Shown here one piece after another: positions 52,554-64,000 of a DNA stretch of 64,000 bases. The stretch's first letter is position 1, and the number at the start of each line of letters is the position of its first letter. Origin of the DNA: the human T2T-CHM13v2.0 reference genome, Homo sapiens. The stretch is taken from the NCBI RefSeq assembly GCF_009914755.1, contig NC_060931.1; one strand, given 5' to 3'. The position numbers and the translations under genes were made by a program. The notes under the pieces were generated by a model, which saw nothing but the letters and a program-made list of their open reading frames with translations, made no database searches and was not told where the DNA came from.

Positions 52554-53309
52554 CCCTCCGGCTTTTTTTAATGCGTACACTCCCACAGGCTGGAGTGGGA
52601 GTGTATTTTTTACAAAAGAGGAAGCATACATACCTATCAGTTTTGAATCTTGATTTTACTCACTTTTTTCCCTCTTACTTCACATCTCTCCACGTTACTG
52701 AATGTACTTCTGAGCATCACATCAATTTCATTTCATAGAATTACGAAGTATGAAGCATAACTTAGTTAACCACTTCCCTGCTTGGGGACATTCATCTGAT
52801 AAGTAATATTGAGTGTGTGGGGGCCAGCATATTCAGGCTGTTGCCATTTTTAATAAACTACTATAAATGTAATTCCTTATTAATGACTCAAGAGTGAAAA
52901 GGCTTGATTTTCTCTCATTGTGAGTGAGTGAAGGGTGAGGAGGTAAAACGGAGTAAGATATGCTGGCTACCTAAGTATTTAACCAAGGAAAAGAATGTCA
53001 TTATCCTCTTCTAACCCTCATGTAAACTAGAATGTTGATTTCTCTATAGCCAGGCATTAATGGGTCTGGGGGCTGCTGCCATTGCCTAGTGGAGGAGTTG
53101 GTCAACTTCATCAGGGTAGAGTTGTCTTGTCTGCTGCTGAGTATAATTATCATATTTTTTCTTTGGGTCTAACTTTTCTTCCCCACCAAAAAAGGAGAAA
53201 GGGCAGTGTAACAATGACTGTGTCCCTCAGAACGCAGAGAAATATTGAGCTCAGACACAACTGCCTCTGTGCAAAACTGGTCTGAGCCTTTGGAGTGAAT
53301 TGACCAAAA

Positions 53310-53606
53310 CTTTTTTTTTTCTTTTTTAGACATAAGGTCTTGCTCTGTTGCCCAGGCTGGAGTGCAGTGGCACGATCATAGCTTGCTGTAACCTCAAACT
53401 CCTGGGCTCAAACAATCCTCCTGCCTCAGCCTCCTTAATAACTAGGACTACAGGCGTGAACCAATATGCTGGGCTCATTCATTTTATTGTAGCGATGGAG
53501 TCTTGCTATGTTTTCCAGGCTGGTCTCAAACTCCTGGGCTCAACTGATACTCCTGCCTATGGCTTCCCAAAGCACTGGGATTATAGGTGTAGGACACCAG
53601 GCCTGA
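53310..53606 (-). mobile_element. AluJ-like
   Basis: Alu dimer. Confidence 0.85.
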
Positions 53607-53874
53607 CCAAGTTTTTAATCAACATTTGACTTGATTGTTTTTTCCCACTGATCTGATTGGTGGAAGACTGAATTACTGATCAACTGAGTCCATTCATTTG
53701 AGCAGGTGATGTTTGTAGATGCAATCATTGTTCCAGGTGATTTGGATCCTGTTCTGCATCCTAGCATAGCCAGTCTGTAGGCAAGATAAGGAGACCAACT
53801 CAGGACAGGCTGATCTGTTGAAACTGTAAATTGAGAGTATCTGTGTAAAGGCCCTTCTTTCTGCAGTAGAAAGA

Positions 53875-54235
53875 CAGATGCTCCTCTACTTCTCATGAGT
53901 TACATCCTAATAACCCATTGCAAGTTGAACATATTTTAAGTCAAAAATGCACTTAATACACCTAACCTATGGAACATCATCGCTTAGGCTATCCTACCTG
54001 AAATGTGCTCAGAACACTTACAATAACCTACAGTTGGGCAAAATAATCTAACGCAAGCCTATTTTATAATAAAGTATTGAATATCTCATGTAGTTTACTG
54101 AATAATGTACTGAAAGTGAAAAACAGAATGGTTGTATGGTTACTTAAAGTATGGTTTCTACTGAATGCATATTGCTTTTGCATCATCATAAAGGCAAAGT
54201 CATAAGTGGAACCATTGTAAGTTGAGGACTTTCTG
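53875..54235. mobile_element. MER47A-like TcMar-Tigger MITE
   Basis: Termini CAGATGCTCCTCTACTT and AAGTTGAGGACTTTCTG are imperfect TIRs; ~360-bp body matches MER47A as remembered. Confidence 0.8.
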
Positions 54236-54245
54236 CATACTGTAA

Positions 54246-54455
<210 letters not shown>

Positions 54456-54472
54456 TAAGTGCATTATACCTC

Positions 54473-54558
54473 TATTAGGTTGGTGCAAAAGTAATTGCGG
54501 TTTTCACAATTATACTTTTAATTGTGAAAACCGCAATTACTTTTGCACCAACCTAATA
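54473..54558. mobile_element. MADE1 (Hsmar1-derived MITE) with TA TSDs; perfect palindrome
   Basis: TTAGGTTGGTGCAAAAGTAATTGCGG...CCGCAATTACTTTTGCACCAACCTAA; 40-bp arms and a 6-nt loop. Confidence 0.96.
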
Positions 54559-55850
54559 TATCTGTGTTAATGTTGTCAGGGAAATGGGATTTCAGTGTTT
54601 TGCCTGCTTTTTCTATTCACTGATGTTAGGTAACTTTTTTAATGAAGTGGAAAAATAAAAAAACTGAAAATGACAGCCTACTTTAACATTTTAGCATGTT
54701 TTGCTTTTTAAAAACGTGATCAATTTGACTCCATTTTTGGAGTCATAATGACAGGGAAAAAATGACACAAGGTCTTTGAACCTACCATTTTACTGGATTA
54801 ACTTAGAAATTACTAAGTATGTTCATCAAATACATGTTCATGATTTAATTAAAGAGCATACTTATTTTAAATCACTAATATTAGAAGACTGGCAAAATCT
54901 TACCAAAACAATTTAGAAGCTAAGCTTGGCTTTCTTTCTTGGTATGGCTTATAATAAGTTTTCCTGCTATTCCTAAAATTTGAATTCTCGTTTGTTAGAA
55001 TGTCCTAGTAAATGAGTGTTTTAATGCTATTTTGTGACTTTGACATTTATACTAGAGAAAATTTTGCTCCTACATCCATCTGCTGGCTAGACATGTCTAC
55101 CTCGATGATCCTCTTGAAATAAATGCAACCATCTACTTTATCCCCAACCCATGTTTTTGTCCTTAGTTGTATTTCCTTAGAAGGAGATCAGAAAGAGGTT
55201 TTGATTGAAAGAACTTCCACACCTTGGAGAATCAATCAGTGTTGAGTGCTTGACTAGATGAGGAACATGGAAGCTGGTTTTTCTCTTTGGTATTCTATAC
55301 ATTGAGATATTCCAGGTGACTGGGGTTGGGTTTTGAGACCTCAAAACCATAAAGCCTTCCATGATGAGAGGGTAGAATCATCATCATCGTCATGGATAAA
55401 AATAACAGTAGTGAACGGAGCAATTGCTGAAAAAAAAATATTTTTTAAAATATAAAATCTTACAGATTGACATTTGATATGAAAAAATGTTTTGTCTTAC
55501 AAAAAGAGAAAGAAACTTCATACTCCCTTTGCTGTTTTTTTAATCCTAACTTCGACCCTGTGATATTGATCAAGGTACTCAGATCCACAGAGATCAGGAC
55601 ATTGGACACTCTAGGAAATTAATGAGATTATATGAAATAAAAGTTGAGCAGAACAAGTAAACACTCAATGTATGTGCTACCTTTGCCAGAAAACCTTTCC
55701 TGACAACTCTCATCCCTGTCCCCACCACCCATACACATGAGGATCACACACAGACAGGTTAGACGACCTTTTGATATACTCACGAAGCATCCTGAATGTT
55801 GTATTCTAATAACTACCTACGTGTCTCTCTCGCCTATTTCTAGGTCATGA

Positions 55851-56178
<328 letters not shown>

Positions 56179-56283
56179 CAGCTTCTTTCGTGAACAAACA
56201 ATATTTTCCTAGTCACAGCTAAATCTTTTATACATTTTTTAAACCCTATGCAGACACATTGAACATTTGTGATTAATAACTGA

Positions 56284-56529
<246 letters not shown>

Positions 56530-57092
56530 TAATTTTTATTTGAAATTAACTTTAAAGCATATAGACTTAAAGATTCTACTAAAAACAAAACAAAGTAATT
56601 TCCTGGAACCCAAAATTATTTTCTAAATTACGTTGTTTTAGGTCAGGTGCTAAAATAGTAAGCAAGACCCCACTTATTAAGGCTCACTTATCATCAAAGT
56701 CAGAGACAGAAAAAAGCACAGAAGAACATGTGTGATTCAATTGAGGATGAGAGAAGGGAAATATACGGGAATCCATAAAGGAGAAAAAGTGTTCTGGTGA
56801 GCGGAGACACAGGACCGAAAGCCACAGAAATAAGCTCTGGGTTTTTGCTTTTCTAAGTACATGTATAGAAATACTTCAAGGTTTTTATTACACTTAGTTT
56901 TCAAATTTTAGAGTGGTGGAGGAAGGGGAGTGATAGGGTATTAAGAAATTCATATTTTTTTCTACCAGTATTTTTGTGCTATAGGCAGGCTACTAGTGTT
57001 TTCATTGGTATTAAGCTTGATGTAATATTTCCAGAGAGTAGGTTTCTATCTCAGGCAAACATTTAATTTTTCTTTCCTTTTCCTTATCGTAG

Positions 57093-57323
<231 letters not shown>

Positions 57324-57330
57324 TGAGTCT

Positions 57331-58017
<687 letters not shown>

Positions 58018-59037
58018 TGGGAGCACCCACATTTCTCTATGCATACTTTGGGAGCCATTGAAAACATTTGGTTGCTTCTGTCAGAAATACTATTGTACTT
58101 AAAAACATTAATGAAAACAAAGTGGTCTAATGAAGTAAAGGCTGCTCTGGAATGTAACAGACTTGATTTCTAGCCTCAGCTTTGTCTCTAACAGGTAAGT
58201 GACCCTGGATACATCATGTAGGGTGCTAATTGAAAGCTCAGTTTTAGAACTGGATGGACCTTGATTCATATTCTGGCTCTACTGTCTACTAGCCATGTGA
58301 GCCAATCACCATGCCTCAGTTTCCTTCTCTGCAAAATTGGGTTAGTAATAGTATATGCCTCATTGGATTGTTAAATAAGAATAGATAAGCACTTGGCCCA
58401 GGGGCTGGTACATAACAAGTACTCTAAATAAAGGAGTTATTTTGAAATGATTATTTCAAGCCATCTTTTCTTTTTTATTGGTGAAATGAAATGATTGGAG
58501 ATGTATCTCTAAAAGCTTTTTCTAACCATAAGAGTCCGTAAAATGCATAATGTAAATGTCTCAACAATTATAAATGAAAAGGAACATTAGATTCAGAGAT
58601 GATTCACCATGCAAAAGAAATGCAAAAGCAGGATGTAGATCACACTAATTAGATTTGAAAAAGGTTTTGGATCTAAAAATGTGTTCTACATAAAGCATGT
58701 TATTGATGCTTGAAAAATGGTGATAATAGTAACATGATGTCATCCTAGCTTGGGGGGAATGATACCATACAAAAATAACGTGTCAACATTAAGAATGGAG
58801 TTTGAGTCTTTAAAGACCCACCTATTAGCTTCTAAAACAATGTAAGGCCATGTACACATATCTAAGAATTGGTGAATATGTCAATAATTGCTCAATTTTA
58901 TAACGGTGCCATAATCCCATACTATTACACTCCATCCATTCAACAAATATTACCAAGTGCTTACTACAGGCCAGGTACTATGCTAAGCAGTGAGAATAGA
59001 CAGAGGAGGCAGAATAACATAGTGAATAAGATCATGA

Positions 59038-59373
59038 GGCCAGGTGTGGTGGCTCATGCCTGTAATCCCAGCAGTTTGGGAGACTGACACAGGTGGATCA
59101 CTTGATCCCATGAGTTCAAGATCAGCTTGGGCAACATGACAAAACCTTGTCCCTACTAATAATACAAAAATAATTAGACATGCATTGTGGCACGCACCTG
59201 TAGTCCCAGCTACTTGGGAGGCTGAGGTGAGAGGATCACCTGAGCTCAGGAAGTTGAGGCTGCAGTGAGCCGAGATCATGCCACTGCCTTCCAGCCTGGG
59301 TGATGGGAGTGAGACCCTGTCTCAAACAACAATAACAGCAACAACAAACAAAAAACCAAAAACAAACAAAAAA
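59038..59373 (+). mobile_element. AluJ-like
   Basis: Alu dimer; AAGATCATG on both flanks. Confidence 0.87.
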
Positions 59374-59754
59374 GATCATGGACTTTGAACTTCAACAGAC
59401 TTGAGTTGGCGTCTTGGTTCTCCACCCACTACCCATGATGTTTATACTCAACTTCCCTAAGCCTCAGTGTCCTCAATTGTAAAATGGGAGTAGTAATAGT
59501 AGCTACCTCTTAGAGCAGTGAGGATTGAAAAAGAAAATACGTGTAAGGCACTTAGCACAATATCTGTCACATAGTAAGAATTGAGTTTATTATTATTATT
59601 ATCACAGATGAATAGACCTCATGAAGCTCGCCGTTCATTTCCTCGGGACCCAGCCTATTAGGAAACATTAGCAAAAGTTTTTGATTCAGCATTATATGGG
59701 TCATTCTTGATATGTTTTTTCCTGTCAAATCCTCAGTTTTCTATTAAAAAAGAA

Positions 59755-60225
<471 letters not shown>

Positions 60226-61942
60226 AATCCTTAGTTCTTTTTGAGACCTCTGACTGCCTTATTTTGACAGGCTCTGTAACTTTTGCAGCTCCTGGCACAT
60301 CTTGCTTTTACTTACTTTTACATTTTCTCCATCAAATGTTCACTCATTTATTCCTTCATTCTCATTCATTCAGTTTATCTACTCAATAAACACATATTGA
60401 ATACTTACCATGTGCCAGGCACTGTTCACTCCCTATACAAACCCAGTGACTCATTAACCTACCAAGACATCTCTTACTGAGTATTCTCACCTCACTGGGC
60501 AAACATTGCTAGGCCTTCATCTACACAGATCGCAGGAGGTCCAAACTAATTGTTGACCTGGGTCCATGGCCATTTCAGGACCCCTGCAGAACAGGAGAAA
60601 TAGTTCTTCTGGTCTCATAGGATTATGTTTAAGAAGAAACTTTCTGCAAATGATTTCACTTTGACAGGGACAAAAGTGAGCAGGAAACACTAGACCAAGG
60701 TCAAAAATAGTTTTTAAACCAAGTGCAGTCATTATGTAACTTACTTCCTGTTGAATATTTTTCTTGAAATCTCAGTTTAGCATACAGCATAGAATTTTGC
60801 AAGAAACTCCTCACAGGCCACCCAAGTTGGAAAAGGTATTTCAGTCATCCCTATATGGTGGTGAATATAAGTTTGCTCTTCTGAAAAAAAAAAAAATCAG
60901 CAGGTCTGAAAACGATTGCATAGGGTTAAATGAGCCGCTTAGTCTCTGAACAGAGAATTTTGCTTATGACATTACCATTGCAATTATACATGAAAGAATC
61001 CTTCAATAAATGCAGAGTAGTAGAGGATTCTCCCAGAAAAGACTGTAAGATTGTTGTAAAATACTTTACCTGGAGTGTTAACTTATCTTTGTTCTAAGGT
61101 TGCACTTTGGTTTGTCCTGCCCTCTCCCCCAAAAAGGTGCTGACAACTAGAAGTAACAAATGCAAAGAAATAGGGGAGAAAATATTAGAAGAAAAAGAAA
61201 TCAGTTAATTTACAAATGTCAGAGATACTGGATGTAGGAGGCAGAAGGGAGAATGACAGGGTATTGGCAGCAATTTAGAATTAGTCAATACCCTTGATGC
61301 TACCATGTAGCTACTCAGTTATCTAAGTAAATCCCAGTCCACTTAGGGGTTGATTTCCCACCACTCAATTTGAATGGTTTGTCTCAGTAGACAAGGGTGA
61401 GAGCTTTGAAAGCCACCACTAAGCTTGATTAGATTTGTTACTTTGTACCTATTTCAGTATGTAAAATTTATACATTGTATTAAAGTAACACTTTAAGGAT
61501 TGATCTATACATGTATACACAAAAGATATGGAAGGAAATGCCTGACAGCAAAAGGTGGTCGTGAAGCATTTGTGATATTCGTAGAGATAAAATAAACAAA
61601 AATAAATTCAGTTCCAATAGTAAACTGATCAATTTTCTCATACACATTATTGGGCATAATTTTTTCTTACGGTTTCATAAACACAGGTAATCCTGGGCAA
61701 GAACAAAGAAATTATCTAAATGAAATTGTCCTAAAATTTTCCAAACACAGCAGGAAATATAATAAAATATTATCTATTACCAAAAAGTTCATTATCATAA
61801 TTTGAATTATTTGGAATACTAAGCTAAAATACAGAATTATATGTGTATCCATACTATTAACATACTTTATGGTATTTTAACAGTAAACTAAATTAGAAGT
61901 ACTGTTCAGTGTTTTTGTAGAGTCTAATTTCTATGTCGTTAA

Positions 61943-62636
61943 ATATAATCTTATATTATTATATAATATAATCTTATATTATTATATAATCTTATATTAT
62001 TATATTATATAATCTTATTATATTATATAATCTTATCTTATATAATCTTATATTATTATATGCTCTTATATAATATAATCTTATTATATAATCTTATCTT
62101 ATATAATATAATCTTATTATATAATATAATCTTATTATATAATATAATCTTATCTTATTATATAATATAATCTTATTATATAATATAATCTTATCTTATT
62201 ATATAATATAATCTTATTATATAATATATTCTTATCTTATTATATAATCTTATCTTATTATATAATATAATCTTATCTTATTATATAATATAATCTTATC
62301 TTATTATATAATATAATCTTATCTTATTATATAATATAATCTTATAATATAATCTTAACTTATTATATAATATAATCTTATTATATAATCTTATCTTATT
62401 ATATAATATAATCTTATATTATTATATAATCTTATATTATTATATAATCTTATCTTATTATATAATGTTATATTATTATATAATCTTATCTTATTATATA
62501 ATGTTATATTATTATATAATCTTATCTTATTATATAATCTTATATTATTATATAAGTATAATCTTTTATTATATTATTACATAATATATAAGTATAATCT
62601 TATATTATTATATAATATTATTATTATACAATAATA
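61943..62636. repeat. AT-rich minisatellite built from ATATA / ATCTT / ATT modules
   Basis: ~690 bp of variants of ATATAATCTT(ATCTT)ATT; almost no G on the + strand. Confidence 0.95.
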
Positions 62637-63925
62637 ATGTAAACTGACTATTGCAGTTTACATGGTGAGTTTTATTTCTGCACAGATTAAACTTTCTATC
62701 ATAGAGCTCTTCTTAAAAGATTCTGAATGACTACTCAATATGTAGGCAACTTATTTACATACTCAGATACCTTGCATGATGCAATTCTGTAATATAAACT
62801 GATTTTGGTTTTTGAACCTCGTGTTACATTTCTAATCCACCAGACATACTTTTTATTCAAAGGTCTAATTGATTCTCATAGATTAAACTGGAATCCTGTA
62901 GTGATTATTTTTGTAAGGTAAAAATGTTTGTGTGATTGGGATAATGATTCCAAATGTTTTGTTTTTCAAGTTTTAATTTTTGCATCTTGAGTTGAAAAGT
63001 ACACCTTTAATGAATAGACAATTCATCAAAATGTTATACCTAGCTCCTGAATTAATTAGGGTCATTCATCAGAAAACTGATTATGTAAAGGACCAAACAG
63101 CAATGATAACCTTCAAGCCTCTGGGATAGGTAGGGCTGTTTGCTCCTGTGCTAAATGCCCTAAGTTCTTGTTATCGTGTCTGCTGGTGGTAGTTATCCCA
63201 TTTTCTTTTTCACTCTGCTGTCCCTGGCATCATCTTGTTTCTGTCAGTGTACCTGCCTTTAGCAATTTTCAGTGACTCTGAAAACCAGACAAAGTGAATT
63301 TGTTAGTACTGGATTTCAAGAAAGAGCAAAAGTACCCTCTGAGAGAAAGTTCAAGAGTCTTCCTACAAGTTAAATGCCTGAACTCTAGTCCAAGTGTTTG
63401 GTGGGAGGTATTTTGCATGCATAATAGCTTCTCCCCCATTTCCTTACTCTTCTTGAATGTGTTCCAGAGAGCTGAGGTTGCTGGCAAAGTGACTCCTAGA
63501 TTACTTAAGGTTCATTAAGTACTTAAAGTTCATTAAGCTCATACATAATTGTCACCAGATTATCATTATAATTATTTTAAAAGTAGTTTATCTGTGAAAA
63601 TAAGTAAAATACATTTTATAAATGTTATAAACTATAAGATGCTCCATTATTTTATCTTCCTATAAAATATGTCTATAAAAAAGCTCATTTAAAGAAAAGT
63701 TACCTTCACTGTGAGATTGTCTCAAAGAAATGTCTCAAAGATACCTTCTTAAATCCTGCCTTCTACAGGACTGAAGTTAATATAACAAAGATATTAGTGT
63801 TCTTCCTTGGGATTCTTCCTTGCTAATTTCCTTGAAAACACCCTTGATTCCCAGAAGTCTCCTATTTACAAAACAAAACTAGTTTTTCTTGAATTGATTC
63901 ATCTGTCTACTTAAAGATTTTTTTT

Positions 63926-64000
63926 GGCCAGTTGTGGTAGCTCATGCCTGTAACCCCAACACTTTGAGAGGTTGGGCAGGAGGATTTCTTGAGGCCAGGA
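63926..64000 (+). mobile_element. Alu 5' part, cut by the window edge
   Basis: ggccagttgtggtagctcatgcctgtaaccccaacactttg. Confidence 0.8.

Noticed and set aside
61943-62636. CRISPR-like repeat-spacer array or coding repeat
   Set aside because: No unique spacers and no cas genes; it is a low-complexity tandem repeat in a human intron.

Overview
Human (primate) genomic DNA from the BCAP29-SLC26A4 locus, recognised from its coding exons (chr7q22.3 by recollection). In order on the + strand: the last coding exon and 3' UTR of BCAP29; a ~4.1-kb WBP1L processed pseudogene inserted into an MLT1 LTR; a decayed ERV1 (MER34-like) provirus that splits a MIR and itself carries an MST LTR, an Alu and a BANF1 processed pseudogene; a near-full-length L1PA4-like LINE-1 on the minus strand with target-site duplications (TSDs); the SLC26A4 promoter and CpG island (STAT6, FOXI1 and TATA sites, overlapping antisense lncRNA SLC26A4-AS1); and SLC26A4 (pendrin) exons 1-6. 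The rest is mostly Alu, L2, MIR, old L1 and DNA-transposon repeats, and most ORFs in the supplied track are repeat-derived noise. I found no new protein-coding system. The best leads are hypotheses: (i) the L1 antisense promoter/ORF0 faces SLC26A4; (ii) a perfect 40-bp-arm MADE1 hairpin with mirrored non-consensus changes lies 77 nt after exon 4; (iii) inverted Alus around exons 5-6 predict a circular RNA with a competing Alu; (iv) the nested provirus/BANF1 retrocopy. Exon boundaries and TSDs were counted by hand. Repeat boundaries and subfamily names are approximate and come from remembered consensus sequences.
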